Assembly (NCBI RefSeq): GCF_964355755.1
Contig: NC_092679.1
Coordinates: forward strand, 10,833,432 to 10,897,431
Direction of reading: 5' to 3'
Length of the DNA stretch: 64,000 nucleotides
DNA from: Antedon mediterranea
Lineage: Eukaryota; Animalia; Echinodermata
Below the pieces are notes generated by a model, which saw nothing but the letters and a program-made list of their open reading frames with translations, had not been told where the DNA came from and made no database searches. A program made the translations under genes and the position numbers. Positions 26,701-38,421 of this stretch are shown one piece after another; position 1 is the stretch's first letter; each line of letters begins with the position of its first letter.

Positions 26701-29700
26701 ACGCATTCAACACGTTGTCGTTGCGTTGTGTTTGCGTTGCGTTGAACGGCTTTCAACGTTTAGTTGTTTATTCAACGAAAGTCATTATCAGCATGTCAAG
26801 TAAACAATGAGTTATTTCAACGCTAGCTGCTGCAGCACTAGACTGGCCGATTGCACGCCTGAACGATCAGTAACAACAACAGGCAAAATACCTATCGGCA
26901 GTCACTACCAGATATTTTAATATAAATAAAATATATATGAAGCTTAGATATATTTTTAAGTATTGAACGGACAATGTAGAATTTTAATAACTAGATTGGT
27001 ACGCTCGCGTACCATCTAGATCGTGTCCACAGATGGTTCTCGAATACACAGTAATTTCAGCGTAAAAAAACTGGCGATTTCAAATGTAGTACGTACTGCA
27101 GGACTATAAATACATTGTCGTTTCAGAAACGAATAAATAGACACGATGATTAATGTAGTCAACTAAAATTAGCACACTGGGAATTAGGCCTACTTCCGAA
27201 GGAGAAACTTGTCTTAAAATGAGTCCAAAAAACTAAACTGTGCCTGTATAGTCGATTAAAATAGTAAAGTACATGTAACGATACACCACTACAACGTTTA
27301 TATTTTTTATAATTACTAATTTATACAATAAACAGTAACCACATTCACAGTAAGAAAATTTTGATTCAAATGGCGACCAAAAATGGTTCGTACAGTATTT
27401 ACAATATTGTTAAAGTATTGCAATGCTATCTTAGTTTTAAGTTTATTCTCAAAGGGCCCATAAATTTACATACTTGTGTTAAACCATGGAGGGCTCATAA
27501 ATTTACCTACAAACTGGGAGTCTGAGGGCCTGTTTCTATAGAGCAGAGAATACGGTTTTAAATACCGTTCTTTTCAAGAACCGTTTTTTCTTGCCAGCAG
27601 AAATGGGTTCCCACAAAAAAGAACCGATCTTAAAAACGGTTTCAAAAACCCCAATTGATTGCGGTCTCGATCGCAAAGAACCGTTCTGAAACCGGTTTCC
27701 GTGGAGCAATTTTTAGCTGCAACACAATCGCGGTCTCAATTTGACCCCAAAAACTGAACTCTGCAGTCTGCTGCACTGGGACGATTGCGGTCAACTCGCA
27801 GTCAAACCCGCGCGATAGGACCTAGGCCTAAGTCATTTTTATTTCTCTAGATAGTGAGTATTTTATTTAACTAAAAAATGTTGACCGATGCCATTACGAG
27901 GTTCGTAAAAAATATGTGAAGGGAAGAAGATGAGGGGACTTGTCGGGAGTCGGAAGAAAGACTCACGTAGGCCTAGGCCTACATGTTTTTAAGAATATTG
28001 TAAAGCGTGTGAAAGCTAGACGAGTTCAACTTGACAATATCAGAGGGTGCGACGTACCTATACTTTAACCAAGGACCACAATAACGTTTCAGGTAATAAT
28101 TCCCCCTTCTATGATGAAATGGATGCTATTTCTTGGGGATCGCACTATGCGAAAAAAAGTAAACATGACCTCGATCGATCCAATCGCGCTTCAACGAACT
28201 GCATTGTGGCGTATATAATGACGTCATTTATAACGAACGCACATGGACGGAACCGGTTTTATTGGAGTAAAAATTGAGCTGCAACGCGATCTTTATTTAT
28301 AAACAACAGCCGAAACCGGTATCCAAAAAACCGTTCTTTTTTTATTTTTCAATAGAAACAGGCCCTTAGAGATTGGAATGTTCCATTCATCGCAAATCAA
28401 TACATTTGTATAAACGTCCCGGGGGGGTCACTCTTAAATATTTCCATACGGGGAGGTGCCGCATTTACGGGTATATTTTCGAGGGCCTGGTAGCACAAGT
28501 GTGGGAAAATATGAAGAGTTGGTAGCACAAGTGTGGGAAATGACAGGGTGAAATTAGTAGTTTAAGTCCCTAGCCCGCCCACCCGTGTCAAAATGTCACG
28601 AATTATCGCCAATTTTGCAGGTATTTTAGCATACTGGATGCTATAAGCCCATCGCGGGGCCTATCGCTAAATACCTTTGAATAGCCTAGAGTTTTCGCAT
28701 CATCAGCAGAAGAACACAAAACATCCAGCCTAGGACAAAATCATTCAACTGTGACCACTCTTGATGATCGTCGTCATGCGATGCGCGAAACTTTCAAAAC
28801 ACGTTCGTGATTTTTCCATGAACGGTCTCTTTGGCCATGCGCAGATCATGCTGGGAACCAGTAAAAATTTTGCGCCCTCTCTGGCGTGGCCTTGTTTCTG
28901 CCGTCTTTTTATAGAACACTGGATTTTGGTAAGTGGTAGTTCAAGTCCGTATATTTTTCAGTAAAACAGGTAGCGCAAGTGCCTCATGTCTCTAAGTGGC
29001 TGCTGCACCTCCCCGTTTGGTTTATATACAAGTGACCCCCCGGGATAAACGTATATTAAATCTATCAAAATAGTATTTTTTACAGAAAATCGGCCTGTCT
29101 TCAACATTATGATACTGTACTCGAGCTGTTCAACCGGTTTTCAGCTATTAAAAACAATTATCGTAGGAGGAGATAGGAAAATGCGAAGCATCCTCGTATT
29201 ATTGTGTGCAGGTATTTTTTAAGAGGACATCCATTAGACAGTGTATACTACGGTCGGAAAACACCCCTATTTGGGGCAAATTGTTCAACCTAAATTCGTT
29301 TTAATTGTCAATAACTAATTATCTAACTCAATTTAATTAGTAAACATGCTTACATCTGGTGGTTTAAATCAGTACCGAGATTCTAACCAATTGTATATTC
29401 CATCGAGTAAACATTCTAGAAATAACGCGCGATTTACCGAATTTTGCCCTTACGTAAATTTATATATATAATACTGTATAGGCAGCCACAAACCAATGTA
29501 CCATCAGATTCACAAACAGTAAACACGTCACACACACAGCATGCAGCAGCATTTATTTTGTTAATGTTAGTCGTCACAACAAGCAAGGCCTAGCCCTACG
29601 TACGTGTGCTTCAAAATGTAGTACATTAGTAATAGTAGTTATTTTTGTAATGTATTTTTAGGATTTTAATTGACCTAATTTATTTTAATGATATTCATAA

Positions 29701-32700
29701 TTTGATTTATTAATGTGGACTAATACAATTTCTTGGATCTAGACTCTTGGAAAATATAAGTTTTAAATTTTAATGATATATTATCCCCTGAAAAAAAAAA
29801 CAATTTTTGTAAACATTGTTGAATATGTTATTTTAAGGTCACATAATAGTTATTCACTTTGACCAAAAATTGGATTGGCACAAAAACTATTTACCGGAAA
29901 AAATATAATTTAAAGTAACAAATAGTCAAATTGTCTGTCAGGCAATGGGTTTTTGGTTAGATTTAACTGTTTATTTTATTTTTTTAATAATTGAAATCAT
30001 TTTTTTTTCTATTGAATTGAGTAACTTAATTGAAACTCCAAAATGGCCTATTATTAAAAGTCTGAAATCTTTATTTTTCATGATTGAGGATAATACATCT
30101 TTAAAGGCCAGCTGTGGGCAAAAAATTCTATTGATAATTATCGATCTATAGTTTCCCCTATGTTTCATCATTTTTTAGATTTTATTTGTGTTACAGGAGC
30201 TTGTTGAAAATAAGCACTTTCTTATAGTTCAAATTACACAGTAAAATCTCTATTCTTTTGTACACAAATTTTTTAAATAGAGAGGCATTTTAAAAAGCTA
30301 TGAAAAATAAACGGTGTGGTAAAAAATGTTATCAGATGACTAAATATAGGTAATATAACTTGAATATTACATTTCTGATATTTTTATTCAACTTCAGACT
30401 TTTATTTACATGCTATAGCAAAAATTATCCACCGTATATTTTTTTTGACCGTCTAGGGAGTCACCAGACATTTTATTACATTAGGTTAACTACCTACAGT
30501 AATTACTGAAAAAAAGTCTTCCTGGTTTTTATAGAAGAATTTTGCCAAATTTTGTATTTGTATTAAAGGCCAGGTGCGGGCAAAAAATTTCTATTGATCA
30601 TACATTCCAATAATTATCGATCTATAGTTTCCCCTATGTTTCATAATTTTTTGGGTTTTATTTGTGTTACACGAGGTTGTTGAAAATAAGCACTTTCTTA
30701 TCACTTTCTTATCTTATCACTTTCTTATTTTATTATTAGTTCAAGTTACACAGTAAAATCTCTATTGTTTTGTACACAATTTTTTTAAATAGAGAGGCAT
30801 TTTAAAAAGCTATGAAAAATAAACGGTGTGGTAAAAAATGTTATCAGATGACTAAATATAGGTAATATAACTTGAATTTTACATTTCTGGTATTTTTATT
30901 CAACTTCAGATTTTTATTTTCATGCTATAGCAAAAATTATCCACCGTATATCCACCATCTTTTTTCACCTTCTAGGGAGTCACCAGACATGTTATTACAT
31001 TAGGTTAAACCACCTAACTACCGAAAAAAAGTCTTCCTGGTTTTTATGGCAAAATTTTGTATTTGACCATATTAAGCGAAATTCATGTTTTTTCGTCTTG
31101 ATTTCTGTTACAAATATTTGATTTATGTACAATTAATCAGATATTATATTTAAAATTCATGCCTGTACCTGAGCTTTAAGGGAAATTCATGTTTTTCGTC
31201 TTGATTTCTCTTACAAATATTTAATTTATGTACAATTCACCAAATGTAATATTTAAAATTCAAGCCTGTACCTCAGCTTTAATGTAAAATTTCCATTTCA
31301 ATATAAATATTATTTGAATAATATTATTTTAAAAAGTATAAAAAACATACACTGTGCATAGGAATTCCTACTGTACATAATCATTTTAAATTCAAAAGTA
31401 ATACATGGCATAGGCCTACACAAGCTTGGCTAGCTACAATACCATAAGAAAAGAGTCGTTCAACTTCAAAAAATAATATCTGATACGGCCTACTACAATA
31501 CAATTTAATGGAATCACTTGTGTAACAGTGGCACACGTTAGACAATACCTAACGGTGCTACTATTGGGTCGTAGACCTAGACCTAAATATCTTTAAAATG
31601 CTATTGGGTTCTTAATGTAATTACTAAGTAGGCCTAGTATTTATTAATTAATGTCAAAGTTCGTATTAGTGTAGATTCATATATATCATATCATATATCT
31701 TGTGTATTTAGGCCTACTCAACGGCGAATATAAATGTAAATTTCCCACGATGTAAACGTAGAGACACGATCCAACACAATGAACTATGCCAACTAATAAA
31801 AATAATATACCGAACGTCCAGTCGATTCAGAAACGATGCCGACAAAAAGATCATAAAAAATTATCAGAACTTTTTAGTTTTTATTCAGTCGGTCGCTCAA
31901 AAAGACTGCCCACAGAAGACCGTGATTTATACAGACCTATTTTTTTTATCACATGACATGAAAAGTGATACTCTGTTTTACCGCAACCTCTCATGTTTTT
32001 TAACTCGGTACAAGGGGTGGCTGACAATACAGTAAATAAATAAATTACTGCTTTGTATCTAAGTGTAAGCTACGAAAGGTTACGCATAGATACGAAGCAG
32101 TAATTTCTTTCTGTACTGTATTGTCGAACCCAGTGATTTTTGGTTTTGTAATATTTGTCATCAATAAGATAAGACAGTATAAAATAGAATGGTTAAAAAT
32201 GTATTTAACACATTAAAAATTACAACTACAACTATTGTACCTTCTCTGTTGGTGCTGGTTGATTTCAACAGGTGGTCCTAACCTTTCCAATGCTGATGGC
32301 TTCTCGGTCTTATAATGGTCATTGTCAACAGTTATCCTCAGAGATTCAGTGTCTTTAAACTCCTTCTACAAAATCAATAAAACAATTTCATGATTGGAAA
32401 TATCAGTATAGAAAATAAAGCATCTCCTCAGAGCTCTCGCTTCGTGAATAAAATACTGAAAGATGACGGCATATCAATTTGATCTCTGGTGCGCTTGCAT
32501 ACAATTGAGGGACTAGTGCTCTTCTGCCATACCATGTCGAGTGTTAAAGAGTAGCTAACCAATTGAATTTGAACAATACCATGAAAGCCCCAGTGGTCTA
32601 CTGGTTAGGACATCTGCATATCAAGCAGAATCTCGGTTGGGGCGACTTTTTCTCATTCTCACAGATTTCATCATCTTTATCGTTTCAAATGAATTTATTA

Positions 32701-35290
32701 AATTTCAGTATATCACCCGCCGTGCCTGTGACGTAAATTTTTTTAAATGTAACCATATTAGGCAAACCCCCACAAAATCGTCACGCTTGAGGACTATCAC
32801 AACGGAAAGAAACTCGACAGTTCTTTTCAGAACTACATACATGGTGTACCGCAAACTTTATATCAATCAATATCAATTCTATATTTAATAGGCAGCCAAT
32901 GTAAATCTGTTAAGGTGCCAGTAAAAATGTAGGCATTTTAGTAACCATATTTAGTATAAGCTGGAGCTGATGCAGTTGTTATGTGGAAGCCTACATAACA
33001 AGGACTTACAAATATCCAGACAAGAACTAACAAATGCATGTACTGTACAAGTTGCACTATTTAAGTATTTATGGATATTTCTTAATTGAAAATGAATGAC
33101 GTAACTTAAGAAATATGAGTCATCATCTTGAGATTAGCATCAAGAATTACACTAAGATTTCTAACTTGTGTAGTACAGTAGAACCTTCATTTTACGTATG
33201 GTACGGGACCGAAAGGCATACATAAAACATGGGATTCGTAAAATCCGGCTTGACCTTAAATTAACCCCCAAAATATGTAGATCATAGCTAAAAAGACTGC
33301 TGTGTTTGCATACTTTACTTAATACAGCATGCAAGAGGTGGTCACTTACTAGGCCTAGACTATCTAGGCCGGGCTAGTAGTAGGCCTCTAGATGCAAATC
33401 CCGCCGCCAAGTTGATCCACCCTGGAAATTGGATTATGCTTCTGAATAAAACAAAATATATAAGTCTCCAAGACCAGCCCTACCATGGTTTGGGCTGAGC
33501 CCAGTCCACCATTTTGAAAAATGGAGCTGTTAAGGTCCCTGCAAATTGCACTTATATAATAATTGATATATGAAACGAAATTGCAAGTCTACATAATCAG
33601 CTGAGCTAAAACAATTTCGAAAAATAGAGTTGCTATATAGGTGTATACTGTATTTCTTTATGATTTAAGTCGTAGACTGTTACTACAAGTTACAATAATT
33701 ATTATTAGTAAGAAAATGTAGTATTTTAAATATGCTACCCTCTAATAATAATGGAACGATCCATTTGATGATCTGAGTTTTCTCGTTCCATTTTGGAACT
33801 AGAAAACTCAGATATTGATATCTGAGTTTTGATAAAGTTTTATCTTTTGTAGGAGTTACAAACATTTTAATTTTGATGACATCATCATGTTCAAAAGTGT
33901 AAATAACTATCCATTTTTTATTTTGGCTAAAGACAGATTTATTTGGCTAAATAAAAAAAATTGGCCTTTAGCCATTTTGGGTATAGACAAACTGAAAAAT
34001 ATTTTGACTTTTGCCAAAACAAAATGTTAGTGCCACCCAAGAAATACCATTAGTGCTTAATTTACTACTACTACTGCTTTAATACTATGTCAGGCCCGTA
34101 GCTAGAATGCATCAGAGGGGGGTTTTCTTGACACCAATTATTTTGCGTGCACAACAAGCAACTGTAGGCTGGGGGCCACCAAGGGCCCCCGGTCGGGGTC
34201 CAGGGGGCGAGGGCCCTGGAAGCTTTGGCTCTCAGAGCAATTTCGGTCAAGTGTTAATCCGCTTACAGAGACTTTTTATCTACTAAAATCTGAGTTATGC
34301 GAGAAAGTATTTAGTACACTACAGTATTCTATAATTGATAATTAATTGCACGATTTTGGAAGTGGGGCCATTGTTTTTTTCGCTGGTAAAAGGCGGTTCG
34401 CCCAGACCCCCAAAAAACATGCATGTACTACGTAGTAATGTACTCACTACACAAAATGTCGTAAAAGATGCACTGGGTGTTTTACAGATCAAAGGCAGTT
34501 CAATTGGTCATATGCTGTCTAAATTATACTAATGTGTATATAAAATGTAGTACACCTTTACCTGTTGAAAAGATTTCTTCATCTTTCTTGTTGGATCTTC
34601 ATTCAATTGTGTTACCATTGGTAGTGGTGGTGCATACCTACTCCCACTAGATGTATTAGTGTGAGGTGGCATTCCAGTACTAGGTTGTGCTAAACATTGC
34701 TGCTGGGCATCAGTAACTGAAGCAGATGACATATTCTCATCATGGCTGAATACTGGTTCTGTTGACCTACCATAATACAGGTCTAAGTTTGTTTCATGAA
34801 TTTGATGCCTTGATGCATTAGGGGGTAATGGTGGTGTGACGGACCTAGGCCTACTAGAAGATTTTATAGGAAAAGCAGTCATAGGACCAGGCCTCATAGT
34901 ATTATTAGAATTCTTCCAATCATGATCACTCACAGCAAAACTTGAATATTCATCTCTGTGCCTTTTTCCACTGCCACTTAACCATTTATCATTGTGTTCA
35001 TAACTTTTCTCTGGACTTCTAGGCTGATGTCTAAGCCTAGTAGTAGTGGTAGGAGAATTATCTCTAGGCCTAGCCACAGTGTTATCATGAGCATGTGACC
35101 GTGTATCAAGCATTCTGCTTGATCGTTCATTAGATCGTCTTTTTGGACTTGGTGGGCTACGAGACCTTGATTTATTAAATCGTGGATCATTATTCCCTCT
35201 ACCACGTCCTCGCCAACCACCTCTCCCTCTAGGCCTATGCGAAGCTCTGCCCCCAAAAAAGCCACCTCGTGCTTTTGCCGGAGGACCCAT
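13426..35290 (-). CDS. ZNF318: Zinc finger protein 318-like (two matrin/U1-type C2H2 zinc fingers), spliced CDS of 7 exons, 1747 aa
   Basis: Exons 35290-34562, 32365-32241, 20127-17493, 16939-16676, 16036-15946, 15558-15440 and 14706-13426 all have GT-AG boundaries and compatible phases (5244 nt in total). Motifs match vertebrate ZNF318 as I recall it: SLRITVDNDH..ERLGPPV, KSILK, DDEEEFLYGD, coiled coil RLRKQQSELIRK..KDPVLME, ZF1 YFDPGSHFCKMC..HLHSKKH, DPFDRPW, ZF2 GFYCKLCKNFFGD..HLKSVEH, KYIDENPLYE. Confidence 0.9.
15440..15558 (-). CDS. ZNF318: ZNF318-like coding exon 6 (zinc finger 2)
   Basis: GVDFMMPVNGFYCKLCKNFFGDAACSAEHLKSVEHNMAYQ; donor CAG|GTAAAG. Confidence 0.9.
15946..16036 (-). 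CDS. ZNF318: ZNF318-like coding exon 5
   Basis: KCDPFDRPWMSDMKANPHPSSSKTVAAPLKG; acceptor ttcctag, donor AAG|GTATGT. Confidence 0.88.
16676..16939 (-). CDS. ZNF318: ZNF318-like coding exon 4 (zinc finger 1)
   Basis: 88 codons ending SHFCKMCKMSLARLNEVFIHLHSKKHLQ; donor CAG|GTAAGA. Confidence 0.9.
17493..20127 (-). CDS. ZNF318: ZNF318-like coding exon 3 (2.6-kb exon, low complexity plus coiled coil)
   Basis: ORF 17472..20075 extended to the acceptor ttttttacag; donor GCT|GTAAGT. Confidence 0.9.
21012..23184 (-). pseudogene. CR1 ORF2 (endonuclease-reverse transcriptase), frameshifted with an internal deletion
   Basis: Split across ORFs 22885..23184, 22736..23035, 21344..22507 and 21012..21347; EN motif HVRDPTRYR is fused directly to FFSSVF at ~22633. 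Confidence 0.85.
23281..24090 (-). CDS. CR1 ORF1 protein (PHD finger plus coiled coil), open
   Basis: CGSC..CGLCKLWFHIDC..WYCRSC C4HC3 pattern; RKSNLMLY and RPIKVVF motifs typical of CR1/L2 ORF1. Confidence 0.8.
   Translation of the reverse strand: MASKSKDQGARPKPRSRNAGGTVDKTVVDIEGEDECGSCGCHFMSGGKSVLCGLCKLWFHIDCQKINEAKYKWLSKDDSSFFWYCRSCSVSVGNFMGLINNVNETQKNMIKTIEAIKSEVEINKEDIKKLSRSSSSVNNEEVKTIIENGLKDENERLKRKSNLMLYRIDESKSNDSDTRKNDDLSKLTGIFKDIDLEVEMRTFLRVGKRREEGCRPIKVVFKEECIKRDAFEIAIQKKCAVSNDRTIKERDEYNKLRDILRDRQLEGGK
27526..28365 (+). mobile_element. PIF/Harbinger deletion derivative with a Myb/SANT remnant
   Basis: TIR GGGCCTGTTTCTAT/ATAGAAACAGGCCC, flanks TGA/TTA; internal peptide KDHNNVSGNNSPFYDEMDAI resembles Harbinger Myb/SANT proteins. 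Confidence 0.75.
28418..29044. mobile_element. MITE with CCCGGGGG termini and a perfect 8-bp TSD
   Basis: TIR CCCGGGGG(G)GTCACT; TSD ATAAACGT at 28410-28417 and 29045-29052. Confidence 0.9.
30102..31280. repeat. Tandem duplications (~460 bp x2, then ~105 bp x2)
   Basis: 30102-30560 repeated at ~30564-31066; GAAATTCATGTTTTT..CCTGTACCT unit repeated at 31077-31280. Confidence 0.85.
31710..32120. mobile_element. Partial copy plus a ~90-bp hairpin mini-element of the CAGTACAGAAAG MITE family
   Basis: 31710-32020 aligns with 50850-51200; 32028-32120 is a TA-flanked inverted repeat with the same terminus. Confidence 0.65.
32241..32365 (-). CDS. ZNF318: ZNF318-like coding exon 2
   Basis: ttttgtag|AAG..AAG|gtacaa; encodes KEFKDTESLRITVDNDHYKTEKPSALERLGPPVEINQHQQR. 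Confidence 0.85.
32587..32718 (+). pseudogene. tRNA-Asp(ATC)-like SINE/repeat head lacking the T-arm; tail shared with 1198-1277
   Basis: Acceptor stem GCCCCAG/TTGGGGC, A-box TGGTCTACTGG, anticodon arm TCTGC-ATATCAA-GCAGA, B-box missing. Confidence 0.6.
33176..33370. mobile_element. pogo/Tigger-like MITE end, second copy at 48776-48950
   Basis: TA-CAGTAGAACCT terminus; ~190 bp aligns between the two loci. Confidence 0.6.
34091..34415. mobile_element. Truncated copy of the CAGGCCCGTAG element
   Basis: Reverse complement of 59780-60001 continuing into 55650-55700. Confidence 0.75.
34562..35290 (-). CDS. ZNF318: ZNF318-like coding exon 1 (RG/RS-rich N-terminus)
   Basis: ORF 34529..35290; donor CAG|GTAAAG after SFQQ, phase 0. 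Confidence 0.8.
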
Positions 35291-35589
35291 TCTGATTTAA
35301 ACTTCCCTTTCGTATTTCTTCGCCTTCGTTAGATCTAGTAGTAGTACTAGGCTAGGCCTAAACTGGTGGAGTGGTGGAGTGGTAGTAGCACTACGTACGA
35401 CGTGTGTATATAAATAATGTAGGCTAGGCCTAGGAGGTAGGCGCCCTACAAAAAGCGGATTGCCCAAACAAAAAGCCAGGCTACCTAGAGGATAGACAAC
35501 AATATAACATGTTAATTATAAAAAAAAGTGGTAAATGTAAAAATATAAACATTAACAAAATAGTGTGACCTTCAATCATATTTTAATAA

Positions 35590-35880
35590 CCTCACTTAAT
35601 GAGTTTCCTACAATTCAAGCAAAAACGAAATTGTTATCTCTAAATTTGTCCAGTTATCTCCAGCATTTCACAAACAGGTCAACAAACACCACGATCCGCG
35701 TCGCGCGGGGAGGCCTGATCTCGAGAGGAGAGAGAGCTGCTGCTAGAGAGAGAGACCACACCGAGAAAGAATGATGGTGACGGCGATGAAAGAGACGACG
35801 GGGCCACCAAGCGACTTCAATAACTCCAGAGGGCGCCATATTTAAAAGGTCAATCGGGTCATCAGCAGAGCAGAGAGAGA
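35590..35880 (-). promoter_or_regulatory. Probable ZNF318 TSS region and non-coding first exon
   Basis: Local CpG/GC-rich patch just upstream of the ATG exon, with a YY1-like AATATGGCG on the minus strand (~35833-35842); exact boundaries not determinable. Confidence 0.4.
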
Positions 35881-35909
35881 GAGCTGAGAGAGGTGTTATA
35901 ATCCGAATG

Positions 35910-36070
35910 CTAGAGGGCGTACTCCAGACTGAAAAGTGATTCCAACAGAGGGGGAACTAACAAGATGGCGGCTGTAAATGTGTTCAAAATAATAATCTAA
36001 TATAATACATTAAGACCACATAAATTACAATACATATTCTTGTCAAAGCACAGTGAAGTTTTTCTAAATA
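35910..36070. repeat. Interspersed repeat end abutting the ZNF318 promoter
   Basis: Matches 8440-8640; contains CAAGATGGCGGC. Confidence 0.7.
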
Positions 36071-36204
36071 TATATGTATTGTCCCTTGGACTAATTCCAA
36101 AAAAATAAAAAAATAAAAATTCGAAAAAAAGTTGGTCATTCTGAAGTATCATAATAGTTATTAACTTTCACCAAAAATTAGTCGAAAAACAAAATCACAG
36201 ACGT

Positions 36205-36370
36205 TTTTTAATCGCGACTCTACATCCCACTATGTCGGTCAGTTGGTCGGTCGGTAAACACTAACTTGACGTGTATATGGCCTTGTCTTTGATATCAGTT
36301 TTATAGCATATTTCTTATGGTGGCCAGGAATCGATGTGGTTATGTTTTTACGGTGCGCAATCAAAAATTT
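36205..36370 (+). mobile_element. Degenerate HINE-family fragment
   Basis: CGCGACTCTA..CACTATGTCGGTC; 36290-36370 is the reverse complement of 3900-3990. Confidence 0.55.
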
Positions 36371-36903
36371 AATAATGATATTGATACCAAACACGTTTAC
36401 ATATGACATTTTAAGCAAATTTTATCAGGCTCCCATTATAGTTGTTATTGTAATTTACTTGCTGTTTATGCAATTATATGTATTTCGATAAAATATTAAT
36501 AGACGTCGTCAGACAGCTGTAGTTTTGTGTGAAGAACACATGGTTATTACTTTACATTCTTACGTTAGTCGTTGGGCTGCCGATGATTGCCGGCCAAAGA
36601 TATTGACGAAATACATTAGGCATATTTCGCGGGTTTGTTGACAATGGATGGGGGAGGTATTCGATTACGAAACTGTGGCTAGGTCTATAGTTTTAGGCTA
36701 GGACCGGAGTAGTCCTTGCATAATTATTATAGTCTAGACTAAAAATATAATCATTGCTGTAGCAGCCATTTTATCTCCTCTGCATGCAGAGTAAACAAGC
36801 ATGTGACGTCACGTCGCTGATATCAGGAGGCATGCGCAGTGACTCGGAACGCGACTAGGAAGCGACAACGCGGAGAGGCACACTGCGCGTAACATTGTGT
36901 AAA

Positions 36904-37082
36904 GGGTCTTTCACACCTGTTCCGGCACGGTTTCGGTCCGGCGAATCGAACATTAATGTTTCGTTTTCACGCGGCTATGCGCCAATCGATATGCGCGTAG
37001 CCGCGTAAAAACGAAACATTGACGTTCGATTGGATTTTCCGGCGCCGGACTGGAACCGTGCCGGAACAGGTGTGAAACATGC
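36904..37082. mobile_element. Harbinger-type hairpin MITE
   Basis: Near-perfect fold-back TTTCACACCTGTTCCGGCACGGTT..AACCGTGCCGGAACAGGTGTGAAA. Confidence 0.75.
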
Positions 37083-38421
37083 TGAGGCGGCGGACTACGT
37101 AGTACAAAGGCTTGTCTTCCGAGCTCTCTCCTTCTATTTTTATACCTCCATGTTCAAACTTTACGAAAATAAAAACGCTAAACAAAAATGTTGCTGTGTG
37201 AATTATTTTATTTATTTTATTTTCAATCTTTCTACATAACAAAAAAAAACATGTAACATGTATAACAGGGGAGTAGCGGATCTTGTGATGTGCTTGACAA
37301 GCCCCTGTCAACTAGGACGATAAAATAAAACCGAGATTTAGAAAAAAACATAGAAAAATATGCTAAAATAAAATTAATAAAAGTGTTCTAAAAATACAAA
37401 TTGCTATCTGAACATTCTGGTTGTATAAAAGTTAAAAAAATCGGATTGTATAGGCCTAAAAGTTAAAAATTCTGATTGTATAAAAGTTAAAAATTTAAAA
37501 ATTCAGAGTAGGTACAATCTAAATGTACATTTACAAAACTTTTGGTTTATAAAAAATATGAAAAGTTAAAAATCTATAAGATGTTGCTTTAAACTGTGTT
37601 TAAACTTAAAAAACGACTCTTCAATAAGATTGTTTCTAATCGTAGCACCTGAAAACATTTTAGGAAGCCGTACTATCCTTGAGTATTTAAAAGCATCAGT
37701 ACGGTAAAAAAACATTTTTAAATATTTTGACAAAAAGTGGGTCATTTTGAAGTATCATAATACAGGTAGTTATTAACTTTCACCAAAAATAGTTGAGAAA
37801 AAAAAATTTAACCAAAATACAGACGTTTTTTTGTTCAAAAAATAACTTTGACTTCCAGTCAAAGTTTTCGATAAAAACATTTCTCATAATGCAACGCGCT
37901 TATTTGGCTACTCTGTATGCATAATCATAAAACTTCTCGCGATCTGTGTGAAAACACCTTCTCAACCGCGACAAGTTGTAAACAATCCTAATTAGCATCA
38001 TGCATAATGCATACTCATGGTTTGAAATCTTTGTTTACTTTCGCTCATGACGATTTACCAGACGAAATTTAATCAAATTAATTTACATGTTAATTACGTA
38101 AACTTGTTGTTTTTTCCTCAAATTTTCGACCTAAAGTGAGTAACTTTAATATTACTTTGATATGGCCAATTTAAATTTAAAATAATTTTTTTTTCATTTT
38201 TTGTGTTTCAAGGGACAATACAGAGATTTGTTACCTATTTGCTACTTTTGTAATAAGTGTGGTGTAGCAGTAACCCGTGCTCAGCACGGTCTTGTCTGCC
38301 TTAATAATTCGCATGTAATGATTAAGTATTATAACAGCGCAATACTGGATATTGGACTTTATGCTGTGTGAATATGTTAACATATTAATGTTAACATTTT
38401 AATACAAAATATAAATATGAA

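Noticed and set aside
32587-32644. Functional tRNA-Asp gene
   Set aside because: T-arm and B-box are missing, and the flank is a dispersed repeat.
36075-38222. Ginger-like element with TGTATTGTCCCTTG inverted ends
   Set aside because: The 14-bp inverted match is real, but the flanks (TATA versus GAGA) give no TSD and there is no integrase, so it cannot be classified.
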